This document shows positions 50,607 through 61,348 of a stretch of DNA of 64,000 nt, one piece after another. Below the pieces are notes generated by a model. That model was not told the DNA's origin and ran no database searches. It saw only the letters and a list, made by a program, of their open reading frames with translations. A program made the translations under genes and the position numbers. Numbering within the stretch: the stretch's first letter is position 1; every line of letters starts with the position of its first letter. The stretch lies in the NCBI RefSeq assembly GCF_002708845.1, contig NZ_PAPI01000035.1; one strand, given 5' to 3'. Origin of the DNA: Leeuwenhoekiella sp. (GTDB taxonomy: Bacteria > Bacteroidota > Bacteroidia > Flavobacteriales > Flavobacteriaceae).

Positions 50607-53381
50607 ATGGATAAATTTTCATTTCTCAATGCAGCAAACACTGCATATTTCGCAGAACTTTACGATAAATACCTCCAACATCCTGATAGTGTGGAGCCTA
50701 GCTGGAGAGCTTTTTTTCAGGGCTTTGACTTTGGTGTTGAAGAAAGCGGTATTGTCGCAGACTTCTCTGACTCACAGCCGGATGCCGCTCCTGCACAGGA
50801 AGCAGTACCAGATCGTTTACAAAAGGAATTTCAGGTTGTAAAACTTATTGATGGATACCGAACTCGCGGGCATTTGTTTACCAAAACAAACCCGGTGCGT
50901 GAGCGTAGGCAGTATACACCTTCACTGGCACTCGAAAATTTCGGGCTTAGCGAAAACGACTTAGATACTACTTTTACTGCCGGAGAAATTCTGGGGATAG
51001 GTAGTGCTACACTTAAGAAAATCATTACGCATTTAGAGAAAATCTACTGTGAATCGATAGGGGTTGAATATATGTTTATCAGAAAGCCTGAAGAAATTCA
51101 GTGGATTCAGGATAAACTCAATATCAACGATAACCATCCTGATTTTTCTGCGGATAACAAAAAGAAAATCCTGAGAAAACTTAACGAAGCTGTTTCTTTT
51201 GAAACCTTCTTACATACTAAATACGTGGGTCAAAAACGCTTTTCGCTTGAAGGAGGAGAGAGTTTTATCCCTGCTGTAGATGCGATTATTGAAGCAGCTG
51301 CAGATAAAGGTGTAAAAGAGTTTGTGATGGGCATGGCTCACCGGGGTCGTCTCAACACGCTTACTAATATTTTTGGTAAGAACGCAAAGGATATCTTTAG
51401 CGAGTTTGACGGTAAAGATTACGACCAGGAAGTGTTTGACGGAGACGTTAAATACCACCTGGGTTGGACTTCAAGCCGCAAGACCGATAACGGAAAGGAA
51501 ATCAACATAAACATAGCTCCAAACCCATCACACCTGGAAACTGTGGGTGCTGTGGTAGAAGGGATTGCACGGGCAAAACAAGACCGTCATCATTTTGACA
51601 ATCCTAATGAAGTGTTGCCAATTGTGGTTCACGGGGATGCCGCTATCGCCGGTCAGGGTATTGTTTATGAAGTGATTCAAATGGCACAATTGGATGGCTA
51701 TACCACAAAAGGTACCATTCACATTGTAATTAATAATCAGATTGGTTTTACTACAAACTATCTGGACGCACGTTCTTCAACCTATTGTACCGATGTTGCC
51801 AAGACAACGCTTTCGCCGGTATTGCACGTAAATGCTGATGATGCCGAAGCAGTTGTACATGCTTCCCTGTTTGCGTTAGATTTTAGAATGGAGTTTGGTC
51901 GAGATGTGTTTATAGACTTATTGGGTTACCGTAAATACGGTCACAATGAAGGGGACGAACCACGTTTTACGCAGCCAAAATTGTATAAGGCGATTGCCAA
52001 ACACGATAATGCACGGGATATTTATGCCCAAAAGCTTATTAAAGAAGGCATAATTGATGACAATTATGTGAGTAAACTTGAAGAAGAATACAAAGAGAAG
52101 CTTGAAGAAAAGCTTGAAAAATCACGCGAAGAAGATACGACGCGCATCACCGCAATTATGCAGGATGAGTGGGAAGGTTTTGAGCCTGCCACCGAAGATG
52201 AGATGATGCAACCCGTAGATACGAGTTATGATCTTGATGCCTTAACGGAAATAGCCGAGACCATCACTCAGCTTCCTGACGGTAAAAAGTTTATGCGTAA
52301 GATCGTTAAGATTATCGAAGGGCGTCGCGCGATGTACTTTGATGATAATAAAATTGACTGGGGTCTTGCTGAATTACTGGCTTATGGGTCGCTTTTAAAA
52401 GAAGGTTTTGACGTGCGTATGACCGGTCAGGATGTAGAACGCGGTACCTTCTCCCACCGTCACGCGGTAACCAAAGTAGAAGAGAGCGAAGAAGAAATCG
52501 TACTACTCAACAACCTCAAAGGAGAGCAGGGGCATTTTTATATTTTCAACTCGCTGCTTTCAGAATACGGCGTTGTAGGTTTTGATTATGGTTATGCCAT
52601 GGCAAGCCCACAAACCCTGCCTATCTGGGAAGCACAGTTTGGTGACTTTAGCAATGGCGCGCAGATTATGATAGATCAATACATCTCTGCAGCAGAAGAT
52701 AAATGGAAGCTTCAAAACGGACTCGTGATGCTTCTGCCTCATGGTTATGAAGGTCAGGGTGCTGAGCACTCTTCAGCGCGTATGGAGCGCTATCTGCAGC
52801 TTTGTGCCGTAGATAATATGTATGTTGCAGATTGCACCACACCGGCAAACTTTTACCATTTATTACGACGCCAGCTTAAAACTAATTTTAGAAAACCGCT
52901 TATCGTATTTACACCAAAGAGTTTGCTAAGACATCCTAAAGTGGTCTCTACTAAAGAAGAACTGGCAAACGGAAGTTTCCAGATGACCATTGACGATGAT
53001 TCAGTTCAGGCAGATCAGGTGAAAACGCTGGTTTTTGTAACCGGTAAGTTCTATTACGACCTGCTTGCACAGCGTGAAGAATTAGGCCGAGAAGACGTCG
53101 CTTTAGTACGTGTTGAGCAATTATTTCCGTTGCCTAAAAAAGAAATCAGAGCGGCTATTGAAAAGTATAAGAATGCAGATGACGTGATTTGGGCTCAGGA
53201 AGAGCCTCGCAATATGGGTGCATACGGCCACTTGCTGATGCATTTACCGGAGGCACAAAAATTTAGAATTTGCAGTCGTAAATTCTATGGAGCACCGGCC
53301 GCAGGTAGTTCGGTACGCTTCAAACGCAGACATCAGCGCGTTATTGATGACGTGTTTGACAAAAACTCAAATAACCAATAA
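50607..53381 (+). CDS. sucA: 2-oxoglutarate dehydrogenase E1 component
   Basis: Canonical N-terminus MDKFSFLNAANTAYFAELYDKY. Also has GMAHRGRLN and HGDAAIAGQG motifs and a transketolase-like C-terminal half. Confidence 0.95.
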   Translation: MDKFSFLNAANTAYFAELYDKYLQHPDSVEPSWRAFFQGFDFGVEESGIVADFSDSQPDAAPAQEAVPDRLQKEFQVVKLIDGYRTRGHLFTKTNPVRERRQYTPSLALENFGLSENDLDTTFTAGEILGIGSATLKKIITHLEKIYCESIGVEYMFIRKPEEIQWIQDKLNINDNHPDFSADNKKKILRKLNEAVSFETFLHTKYVGQKRFSLEGGESFIPAVDAIIEAAADKGVKEFVMGMAHRGRLNTLTNIFGKNAKDIFSEFDGKDYDQEVFDGDVKYHLGWTSSRKTDNGKEININIAPNPSHLETVGAVVEGIARAKQDRHHFDNPNEVLPIVVHGDAAIAGQGIVYEVIQMAQLDGYTTKGTIHIVINNQIGFTTNYLDARSSTYCTDVAKTTLSPVLHVNADDAEAVVHASLFALDFRMEFGRDVFIDLLGYRKYGHNEGDEPRFTQPKLYKAIAKHDNARDIYAQKLIKEGIIDDNYVSKLEEEYKEKLEEKLEKSREEDTTRITAIMQDEWEGFEPATEDEMMQPVDTSYDLDALTEIAETITQLPDGKKFMRKIVKIIEGRRAMYFDDNKIDWGLAELLAYGSLLKEGFDVRMTGQDVERGTFSHRHAVTKVEESEEEIVLLNNLKGEQGHFYIFNSLLSEYGVVGFDYGYAMASPQTLPIWEAQFGDFSNGAQIMIDQYISAAEDKWKLQNGLVMLLPHGYEGQGAEHSSARMERYLQLCAVDNMYVADCTTPANFYHLLRRQLKTNFRKPLIVFTPKSLLRHPKVVSTKEELANGSFQMTIDDDSVQADQVKTLVFVTGKFYYDLLAQREELGREDVALVRVEQLFPLPKKEIRAAIEKYKNADDVIWAQEEPRNMGAYGHLLMHLPEAQKFRICSRKFYGAPAAGSSVRFKRRHQRVIDDVFDKNSNNQ

Positions 53382-53429
53382 AAAGATTTTTCGCTTTCGC
53401 GAAAGCATAAAAGTTAACAAAGAAGAATT

Positions 53430-54722
53430 ATGGCTTTAGAAATGAAAGTCCCTTCACCGGGAGAATCGATCACCGAAGTTGAAATTGCCCAGTGGCTTGT
53501 AGAAGACGGGGATTATGTTGAAAAAGATCAGGCAATTGCCGAAGTAGATAGTGACAAAGCAACCCTTGAATTGCCTGCAGAGGCAAGTGGTATTATAACC
53601 CTAAAAGCTGAGGAAGGTGATGCAGTTGCCGTAGGTGAAGTGGTTTGCCTTATTGATACTGATGCGCCAAAACCGGGTGGTGGTGACAAAAAAGCTTCCG
53701 GAGATGAAGGAAGCGGGGGAGATGCCGAAAAAGAATTGGCTCAAAAAGACGCCAAAAAAGAAGATACTAATGAGAGGGGTGAGGCTAAGAAGGAAGAGCC
53801 TTCTAAGTCTAGTACACCTAGTCAGTCTCAGGATAAAAAAAGCTATGCGACAGGAACACCTTCACCAGCAGCCAAAAAGACTCTGGATGAAAAAGGAATT
53901 GATCCTAAAGACGTTAAAGGGACCGGTCGCGATGGTCGTATTACCAAAGACGATGCGGTAAATGCGAAACCTTCGATGGGTACTCCGGGAACGGGAAGCC
54001 GTGGGGAAAGTCGTTCTAAAATGTCTATGCTGCGTCGTAAAGTGGCAGAGCGTTTGGTTAGCGTTAAAAACGAAACGGCGATGCTTACTACTTTCAATGA
54101 GGTAGATATGTCTGCGATTTTTTCACTTCGCGAAAAATACAAAGAAGACTTTAAATCTAAACACGGCGTAGGTCTTGGCTTTATGTCGTTTTTCACATTG
54201 GCTTGTGTGCGTGCTTTAGATATGTACCCTGCCGTGAACTCAATGATTGACGGTAAAGAAATGATCACCTATGATTTTAAAGATATTTCAATAGCTGTTT
54301 CAGGACCAAAAGGACTTATGGTTCCGGTAATTAGAAATGCCGAAAACTTAAGTTTCCGTGGAGTGGAGTCTGAAGTGAAACGTTTGGCTTTACGTGCCCG
54401 TGACGGTCAGATTACTGTTGATGAAATGACCGGAGGTACATTTACCATTACTAATGGTGGTGTTTTTGGCAGTATGCTTTCTACACCAATCATCAATCCT
54501 CCTCAATCGGCAATTTTAGGAATGCACAACATCGTAGAGCGTCCTATCGCTAAAGATGGTGCCATTGCAATCGCACCCATTATGTATGTAGCTTTATCTT
54601 ATGATCACCGCATTATTGACGGGAAAGAGTCAGTAGGATTTCTGGTAGCAGTTAAAGAAGCATTGGAAAATCCTGAAGAATTATTGATGGATAATAATGT
54701 TCTCAAGGCATTAGAAATGTAG
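53430..54722 (+). CDS. sucB: Dihydrolipoyllysine-residue succinyltransferase (E2 of 2-oxoglutarate dehydrogenase)
   Basis: Lipoyl domain ([14 protein letters not shown]), a charged linker, a PSBD ([31 protein letters not shown]), and a catalytic domain with DHRIIDG. Confidence 0.95.
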   Translation: MALEMKVPSPGESITEVEIAQWLVEDGDYVEKDQAIAEVDSDKATLELPAEASGIITLKAEEGDAVAVGEVVCLIDTDAPKPGGGDKKASGDEGSGGDAEKELAQKDAKKEDTNERGEAKKEEPSKSSTPSQSQDKKSYATGTPSPAAKKTLDEKGIDPKDVKGTGRDGRITKDDAVNAKPSMGTPGTGSRGESRSKMSMLRRKVAERLVSVKNETAMLTTFNEVDMSAIFSLREKYKEDFKSKHGVGLGFMSFFTLACVRALDMYPAVNSMIDGKEMITYDFKDISIAVSGPKGLMVPVIRNAENLSFRGVESEVKRLALRARDGQITVDEMTGGTFTITNGGVFGSMLSTPIINPPQSAILGMHNIVERPIAKDGAIAIAPIMYVALSYDHRIIDGKESVGFLVAVKEALENPEELLMDNNVLKALEM

Positions 54723-54743
54723 TCCTAGGCATAAATTAGATAG

Positions 54744-54772
54744 AAAACGGGTCTCATTTGAGACCCGTTTTT
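54744..54772. terminator. Bidirectional rho-independent terminator between sucB and the convergent orphan gene
   Basis: AAAACGGGTCTC-attt-GAGACCCGTTTTT. Confidence 0.8.
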
Positions 54773-54775
54773 AGT

Positions 54776-56263
54776 TTACTTGAGTATCGTAACAAAACGA
54801 CTGGCGCTGTTGCGCCCTATGTCCCCATAGCCGTTTGTTGTGCGTGCGAGAGCAACCACATTAAAAGAATAGGCACAGGTAACCGGAGGTACATAAACTC
54901 CGCTTTGCGGGGCTATGAGATTATTTGAACCTTTCCAAAGTGTAACTCCAGATCCTTCATGGGTTTCACTACGCAGGCTTTGGGTGTGTCCTTCTCCATA
55001 TTTTGCATAAACCTTATAGCTCAGGAGATTTCCTTCCGTGTCGTACGCATCAAATTTCACTTTAATGCCGTCTGTAGTGTTGCCATTTAGATTTACAATC
55101 CCACAGGCGTTTACCTGTTGCGATCCGTGCATAATAGCATCAATACTTACCTGCGGCACATTGTTGTCTATATAAATAGTCAGGGTTTGTGCTGGGTTTG
55201 AAATTTTGGAGTAAGTGCCCGAGCCATAATTATAAAATTCTACCTGAAATTGGTGTATACCGGTTTTCAAAAGCCTGGAGTCAAACTGCATGAGTAAATC
55301 ATCAATTGAGAAATCGTAGCTCGACGGGTTGTATAGAAAATAATATCCTGCGCTGTTTGGAGCAATGTTTATCGGTATGTAATTCGTACCTACGAGGCGA
55401 TAATTCGTCCATCCTGAAGTGAAATTATCAAAGCTCCCGCTAGTACCTTCTCTATGTAAAACACGATAGTACTGCGATCCTACCATACCTGCCACAGCCT
55501 GCATTTTTAGTCGGTTTCCAATGAGGTTTAGTGTTCCGCCAAAGGCATGATTATTTGTTTTAACATAATAGGTTTTTAATGTTGTTGCCCTTCCGGTAGT
55601 TGCATGTATTTGGGATGAAGGGATAAGCCCTACGCTTCCAATTTCGGGTCCTTGTAAAGACTGTGGGATCGTCGGTTTCCTGGAAAATTGAATGCGATGT
55701 AGGTTGCTAAATGAGGTATAGAAATTAGACGGCGTGTCGTAATTGAGACTGGGTGCAGAAGAGTGGATACGTAGTCCAAAATAGGTGTAGGGTAAATACC
55801 ACCAGGTAGCTAGACTCACGTTTAGTTCGTTAAGGTCTAATTTAAATTTCCAGATGCGATGAGGCGTTGTTGAATTTGGTGATGCACCAAAGTCGTACCG
55901 GCAGGCCGAATCTGACGGGGTGTTCAGTAGACCCGTCCACCGGCCGGGCCCTAAATACAATTGCTTGCCCATTTTGTTGGGCTGATTGGGATAGACTCCA
56001 TAATTGATATCGCTATTAGGAGTTATTGCGCGGTTGCGGTTGGTGTCAAAAGTGAGCCAGAAATAATCGCCGGTACCCGGATCATTGTTGGTATCTTCAA
56101 CAAAATCAACAGCGAGATAAAGAAATTCCGCATCGTTCTTAGCCCAAAGAAATCCTCCGGGGATTTCCATTTGATTTTCAAAGGACCCGGTCCAGATTTC
56201 GTTATCCAAAGACTCGGTTAGGTCCATGGGCTCAGGAGCCCAACTCGATTTTAGTGTTGCCAT
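54776..56263 (-). CDS. Hypothetical 495 aa protein with an N-terminal CBM9/DOMON-like segment and no signal peptide
   Basis: Long clean ORF. N-terminal LDNEIWTGS…FLYLAVDF…DYFWLTFD resembles CBM9-like modules. There is no hydrophobic N-terminal stretch, no lipobox and no T9SS-type C-terminus. Confidence 0.6.
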   Translation of the reverse strand: MATLKSSWAPEPMDLTESLDNEIWTGSFENQMEIPGGFLWAKNDAEFLYLAVDFVEDTNNDPGTGDYFWLTFDTNRNRAITPNSDINYGVYPNQPNKMGKQLYLGPGRWTGLLNTPSDSACRYDFGASPNSTTPHRIWKFKLDLNELNVSLATWWYLPYTYFGLRIHSSAPSLNYDTPSNFYTSFSNLHRIQFSRKPTIPQSLQGPEIGSVGLIPSSQIHATTGRATTLKTYYVKTNNHAFGGTLNLIGNRLKMQAVAGMVGSQYYRVLHREGTSGSFDNFTSGWTNYRLVGTNYIPINIAPNSAGYYFLYNPSSYDFSIDDLLMQFDSRLLKTGIHQFQVEFYNYGSGTYSKISNPAQTLTIYIDNNVPQVSIDAIMHGSQQVNACGIVNLNGNTTDGIKVKFDAYDTEGNLLSYKVYAKYGEGHTQSLRSETHEGSGVTLWKGSNNLIAPQSGVYVPPVTCAYSFNVVALARTTNGYGDIGRNSASRFVTILK

Positions 56264-56394
56264 GTTATTAGATTTTTTGTGAATATGGAAAGTAGTAACT
56301 TAAAAATCTAATCATGCAAGGTAAAATACTGAAATTCAAGGGGTTTTTAGTGTTTTGATGATTGGGGGTTTTACCTCTAAGCGGCAAAGGGGAT

Positions 56395-56703
56395 TTAAGA
56401 ACCGTTTTGCAGCATCTTTTTAATTATGTTTTTAAGCTCTTCACTTGTTGACTCTGTGGGATAGGACTTTCCTGCTTTGCGGTACCAGTATTTCGCATTC
56501 CAGTCGTCGCCTTCTACCCGGTGCAGATGTCCGTGAATAAGACTACCAACTGGGGTGTGCAGTTCCTGAGCAATATCATGAGAAGCTTCCCAATTTCCTT
56601 TGGCTATAAACCATAGCGCCTTTAATCCTTCGGGCCAGGTTGCAGGTGGTGTTGAAGCTTGTAACGCCTGTTCAAAATCAGAATAGGTTTCCGGTAAGTT
56701 CAT
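56395..56703 (-). CDS. Small conserved hypothetical protein (W/H-rich; …HGHLHRVEGDDWNAKYWYRKAG…)
   Basis: I prefer Met16 (ATG at 56703). The motif pattern recalls a widespread uncharacterised bacterial family. It is on the same strand as, and upstream of, the 495 aa orphan. Confidence 0.55.
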   Translation of the reverse strand: MNLPETYSDFEQALQASTPPATWPEGLKALWFIAKGNWEASHDIAQELHTPVGSLIHGHLHRVEGDDWNAKYWYRKAGKSYPTESTSEELKNIIKKMLQNGS

Positions 56704-56765
56704 AGGGTTTTGGCTAAATTTTAAAATGCTTAAGATAACCAAACCCATATCAAAAGACTAATTCC

Positions 56766-56773
56766 TATTTTTG
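56766..56773 (+). promoter_or_regulatory. Bacteroidota -7 box (TAnnTTTG) candidate for polA
   Basis: TATTTTTG lies 36 nt upstream of ATG 56809. Confidence 0.3.
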
Positions 56774-56808
56774 ATATTCTGAATTTTTAAAACAAATACA
56801 TTCCACAT

Positions 56809-59661
56809 ATGTCAACTCAAAAACGCCTTTTTCTGCTTGATGCCTATGCCTTGATTTTTCGCGGATATTATGCACTCATCAAAAACCCAAGGGTAAATTC
56901 TAAAGGTCAGGATACTTCGGCGATTATGGGTTTTGTGAATTCGCTTTTTGATGTGATCAAAAGGGAAAAACCCGATCATCTTGCAGTGGCTTTTGATAAG
57001 GGCGGAAGCTCAGAACGTGTGGAAATGTACGAGGAGTATAAAGCCAATCGTGATGAGACGCCGGAAGCTATACGCATCGCCGTGCCTATTATTCAGCAAA
57101 TCTTGAAGGCAATGCACGTACCTTGTATTGAGATTGAGGGGGTAGAAGCTGATGATTTGATTGGTACGCTGGCAAAACAAGCCGAAAAAGAAGGATTTCA
57201 GGTATTTATGGTCACACCCGATAAAGATTATGCGCAGCTGGTTTCTGAAAATATTTTCATGTACAAACCGGCACGAATGGGTAACGGTATTGAGATCTGG
57301 GGAATACCTGAAGTACAAAAACGTTTTGAAGTTGAGCGCCCAGAACAGGTGATTGACTACCTGGGGATGATGGGGGATGCTTCAGACAATATCCCGGGGC
57401 TTCCGGGTGTGGGTGATAAAACCGCCAAAAAATTCATCAAACAATATGGCGGTCTTGAAGGTTTATTGGCCAATACAGATGAGCTTAAAGGCAAGATGAA
57501 GGAAAAGGTAATCGAGAATGCTGAGCTGGGCAGGCTTTCGCGAAAGCTGGCAACGATTATGATTGATTGTGATGTGGAATTTCATGCGGAGTCTTACGAG
57601 CTTTCGCAACCGGACGCCGATAAAGTACAGGAGATTTTTGACGAACTCGAATTTAGAAGACTTAAAGATCAGTTTATCAAGATATTTTCCGGCGAAGCCG
57701 ATAGCGATACCGGTGCTGCTGTGAGCAATACCGAAACGGCTAAGAAATTGGTGAATTCATCAGAAAAAGCTGCTGCGGCAGGAGCGGGGCAATACAATCT
57801 TTTTGCAGATGGCAGTGACGGGATGGAAATTGAAGAGCGCAATGCCCGCAAGACCATCAAAGACACTGAGCATTTTTACCAAAGTGTTGCTCCGGGAATG
57901 GGTACGAAGCTCTTTCTTAAAAACCTGATGAAGCAAACTTCAGTATGTTTTGATACCGAAACGACTGATCTCGATCCGCTGAAAGCTGACCTGGTTGGGA
58001 TCGCATTTAGCTGGGAGAAGACCAAAGGTTTTTACATTCCGTTTCCACCGGAAAAAGAAGAAGCGCAAAAACTGATTGAAGAGTTACGTCCATTTTTTGA
58101 GAGCGAAGAAATTGAGAAAATAGGGCAGAACTTAAAATACGACATCAAAGTTTTGGCTAAATACGATGTTGCCGTTAAAGGCAAACTCTTTGATACGATG
58201 ATTGCACATTACCTGATCAACCCTGATATGCGTCACAATATGGATGTGCTGGCCGAAACCTATCTCAATTACACGCCGGTTTCCATTGAAGAGCTTATTG
58301 GTAAAAAAGGCAAAAATCAAAAATCAATGGCCGATGTGCCGCTTGAAGAGCAAACCGAATATGCCGTGGAAGATGCCGATGTGACCCTTCAGCTCAAAGA
58401 GCATTTTGAAAAAGAAATGGGTGAAGCCAATACGCAAAAATTGTTTGATGAGATCGAAATTCCTCTAGTACAGGTTTTAGCCGATATGGAACTTGAAGGC
58501 ATTAATCTGGATCAGGAATTTTTAGGAAGTCTGGCAGAGGCTCTTAATAGCGATATCCTTTCGCTGGAAGAAAAAATTTATAAGGAAGCTGGAGAAGAAT
58601 TTAATATCGGTTCGCCAAAACAGCTGGGAGAAATCCTGTTTGACAAGTTAAAACTGGTAGATAAACCCAAGAAAACGCGTACCGGGCAGTATTCAACCGC
58701 AGAAGATGTGTTGTCGTATTTAGCTCCCGATCACGAGATCATTCAGCATGTGTTGGACTATCGCGGTTTAGCAAAACTGAAAAGTACCTATGTTGATGCC
58801 TTGCCTACTCAGGTTGATCCAAACACGGGCCGCGTACATACCGATTATATGCAGACGGTTGCTGCCACCGGGCGTTTGAGTTCAAACAACCCGAATTTGC
58901 AAAATATACCCATTCGTACCGAACGGGGTCGCCAGGTGCGTAAAGCGTTTGTTCCGCGTAATGAAGATTACGTATTGCTAGCTGCCGATTATTCGCAGAT
59001 TGAACTGCGTATTATTGCAGCGTTGAGCCAGGAAGAAACGATGATGCAGGCCTTTAAGGATGGTGAGGATATTCATGCGTCTACAGCGGCAAAAGTTTTT
59101 AATGTGCCGCTTGATGAAGTGACCCGCGAGCAGCGTAGTAATGCAAAGACGGTGAACTTTGGGATTATCTACGGGGTTTCGGCATTTGGCCTCAGCAATC
59201 AAACCGATTTGTCCCGAAGCGAGTCAAAAGATCTAATTGACACCTATTACAAAACCTACCCGAAACTTCGAAACTATATGAGCGAGCAGGTAGATTTTGC
59301 ACGTGATAATGGGTATGTGACCACGGTGTTAGACCGCCGCCGGTATTTAAAAGACATCAATAGTGGCAATGCTGTGGTGCGGGGTGCCGCAGAGCGAAAC
59401 GCCGTAAATGCGCCCATACAGGGAAGCGCTGCAGACATCATCAAGATCGCTATGATCAACATTCACAAAAAACTGAAGGCTGAAAAATTAAAAACTAAAA
59501 TGTTACTCCAGGTGCATGATGAATTGGTCTTTGATGTCTACAAACCCGAACTGCTAGACGTCAAAAAAATGATCAAATCTGAAATGGAAAATGCATTTAA
59601 AATGGATGTTCCATTGGATGTAGAATTGGGTGTAGGAGAAAACTGGTTAGAGGCTCATTAA
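56809..59661 (+). CDS. polA: DNA polymerase I
   Basis: 950 aa with a 5'-nuclease domain (LFLLDAYALIFRGYYA), a 3'-5' exonuclease domain (CFDTETT…) and polymerase motifs A (LLAADYSQIELR), B (RSNAKTVNFGIIYG) and C (LQVHDELV). Confidence 0.97.
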   Translation: MSTQKRLFLLDAYALIFRGYYALIKNPRVNSKGQDTSAIMGFVNSLFDVIKREKPDHLAVAFDKGGSSERVEMYEEYKANRDETPEAIRIAVPIIQQILKAMHVPCIEIEGVEADDLIGTLAKQAEKEGFQVFMVTPDKDYAQLVSENIFMYKPARMGNGIEIWGIPEVQKRFEVERPEQVIDYLGMMGDASDNIPGLPGVGDKTAKKFIKQYGGLEGLLANTDELKGKMKEKVIENAELGRLSRKLATIMIDCDVEFHAESYELSQPDADKVQEIFDELEFRRLKDQFIKIFSGEADSDTGAAVSNTETAKKLVNSSEKAAAAGAGQYNLFADGSDGMEIEERNARKTIKDTEHFYQSVAPGMGTKLFLKNLMKQTSVCFDTETTDLDPLKADLVGIAFSWEKTKGFYIPFPPEKEEAQKLIEELRPFFESEEIEKIGQNLKYDIKVLAKYDVAVKGKLFDTMIAHYLINPDMRHNMDVLAETYLNYTPVSIEELIGKKGKNQKSMADVPLEEQTEYAVEDADVTLQLKEHFEKEMGEANTQKLFDEIEIPLVQVLADMELEGINLDQEFLGSLAEALNSDILSLEEKIYKEAGEEFNIGSPKQLGEILFDKLKLVDKPKKTRTGQYSTAEDVLSYLAPDHEIIQHVLDYRGLAKLKSTYVDALPTQVDPNTGRVHTDYMQTVAATGRLSSNNPNLQNIPIRTERGRQVRKAFVPRNEDYVLLAADYSQIELRIIAALSQEETMMQAFKDGEDIHASTAAKVFNVPLDEVTREQRSNAKTVNFGIIYGVSAFGLSNQTDLSRSESKDLIDTYYKTYPKLRNYMSEQVDFARDNGYVTTVLDRRRYLKDINSGNAVVRGAAERNAVNAPIQGSAADIIKIAMINIHKKLKAEKLKTKMLLQVHDELVFDVYKPELLDVKKMIKSEMENAFKMDVPLDVELGVGENWLEAH

Positions 59662-59683
59662 GTCTTTGTTATTTATCAAAATT

Positions 59684-59719
59684 AAAAACCCGCTTTAGTT
59701 TTTCTAAAGCGGGTTTTTT
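59684..59719. terminator. Bidirectional rho-independent terminator after polA
   Basis: AAAAACCCGCTTTAG-ttttt-CTAAAGCGGGTTTTTT. Confidence 0.8.
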
Positions 59720-59756
59720 GGCTAGTTCAAATTTATAATCTCAAAATCTTTGGGGA

Positions 59757-61337
59757 CTACCACCCTGGATTTTGTTGAGCAGCAAGGGTAGGGTTGTTGT
59801 TGATTTCCTGTTGAGGTATAGGCCACAGAAATTTGAAATCGTTGTACGGAATTGCATTTACACCGAAAGGTCCATCATAGGCTGTTCCTAAGGTGTAAGA
59901 AGCCGCAGGTGGAGTTCCATTTGCTACTTTCTGAGGAATGCCGGCAATAGGCGCTAAATCATCTTTTTGTAAACGGTGGATATCTGGCCAACGTCTTCCT
60001 TCCATTACAAATTCAATTCGTCTTTCGGTAATTATGGCGTTTACTAGAGCCGCAGGTGTTGCAAAATCTGCAGCTACATAAGCCTGTGTTGCTGGGTCTG
60101 CTAACGAGCGGTTGCGTACCTGGTTTAATGCTGTAAGAGCATTACCAGTTGCATTGGTGCGTGCATAGGCCTCGGCCATATTGAGAAGAACTTCTGCATA
60201 GCGAATTACTGGTGAGGGATCAGTGTAATTTACCGGGTCTTTATACTTGTTAGTATATTTCACTCCTGATCTTGTGGTTACTAAAGTACCTTCTCCACGG
60301 CGTAAATCATCAGCAAGCCAGGCGGGATTCCTCCATATAATAGGACTTATTACAACAAGTCCACGTCTGTTGTATTGTGATGCCAGTGCAGCATTTACAC
60401 CAGGGTTATTTACTGCCGAGTTTTCGATGGAAAAGATAGATTCTGTATTGCCGTAACCACTTGCAAAAGGATCATTTGGCGTATCTGTTACGCTAAACAC
60501 AGAATTTAATTTTACCCCTTCCTGAATAACTAATGGCCAGTTGCGCATATGCAAATAAGCACGGGTTTTAAATGCAATCGCGGCTTCTTTAGTTGCCCGG
60601 GTAATACCCTGACGTACATCTGCGCGATCTGCTCTGGCAGGAAGTGCTGCTTCAGCTTCATTAAGGTCCTGAATGATACGTTGGTAGCATTCTGCGACTG
60701 TGTTACGACCCTGAGCTTCTGCAGCTGCTAAAGTTTCAGTGCTGTTGATGGCAAAATCTCTATAGGGCACACCCAGGTGACTTGCATCTGGAGTGTCATT
60801 ATAGGGTCTGGCAAAATGGAATAAGAGCTCAAGGTGTCCGGCAGCTCTTAAAAATTTGGCCTCGCCAGTATAAATTTGTGCAACTTCGGGTGTGATAATT
60901 CCATTTTCTAGTGCTCTGGCGACTCCTTCGATAACAATATTGGTGCGGTTTATCATTCTGTACGTATCGCTCCAGTAAAAAACATTATTTGCTGTCGTAG
61001 GATCGTAGGTAGCTGTATACGTCAACTGATAAAATGTTGCCACATTTACTACATCTTCACCGCGGTTATCTCCTTGCTGTACAAAAGCTGCTCCAAAGGG
61101 ATAACCTCTTCCCTGCCCATTGTAATCTCCTCGTTGAGCGCCATTATACATTCCCGTAACGGAAAGCGCAACAAGATCTGCAGTTGAAAAAGCTGCATTC
61201 TCTGAGATGTCATTGTAAGGTTCAAGGTTTAGCACATTGTCGTCATTACAACTTGCTAAAACTAATAGCATGCATATAGTCGCGCAAAAACCTGTTAATT
61301 TATGTTTCATTTTTTTCATTTTTTTATTTCTTTTCAT
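59757..61337 (-). CDS. susD: SusD/RagB-family nutrient-binding lipoprotein (second PUL)
   Basis: Lipobox (…LVLASC|NDD), SusD-like length and composition, and a position immediately downstream of a SusC gene. Several in-frame Met codons occur near the start, so the exact start is uncertain. Confidence 0.88.
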   Translation of the reverse strand: MKRNKKMKKMKHKLTGFCATICMLLVLASCNDDNVLNLEPYNDISENAAFSTADLVALSVTGMYNGAQRGDYNGQGRGYPFGAAFVQQGDNRGEDVVNVATFYQLTYTATYDPTTANNVFYWSDTYRMINRTNIVIEGVARALENGIITPEVAQIYTGEAKFLRAAGHLELLFHFARPYNDTPDASHLGVPYRDFAINSTETLAAAEAQGRNTVAECYQRIIQDLNEAEAALPARADRADVRQGITRATKEAAIAFKTRAYLHMRNWPLVIQEGVKLNSVFSVTDTPNDPFASGYGNTESIFSIENSAVNNPGVNAALASQYNRRGLVVISPIIWRNPAWLADDLRRGEGTLVTTRSGVKYTNKYKDPVNYTDPSPVIRYAEVLLNMAEAYARTNATGNALTALNQVRNRSLADPATQAYVAADFATPAALVNAIITERRIEFVMEGRRWPDIHRLQKDDLAPIAGIPQKVANGTPPAASYTLGTAYDGPFGVNAIPYNDFKFLWPIPQQEINNNPTLAAQQNPGW

Positions 61338-61348
61338 GATGCTGATTT

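Noticed and set aside
53635-54268. Overlapping ORFs of 108 aa (+ strand, alternative frame) and 141 aa (- strand) inside sucB.
   Set aside because: They lie in the low-complexity Lys/Glu/Gly/Ser linker region of E2, where alternative frames stay open by composition. The sucB frame is unambiguous.
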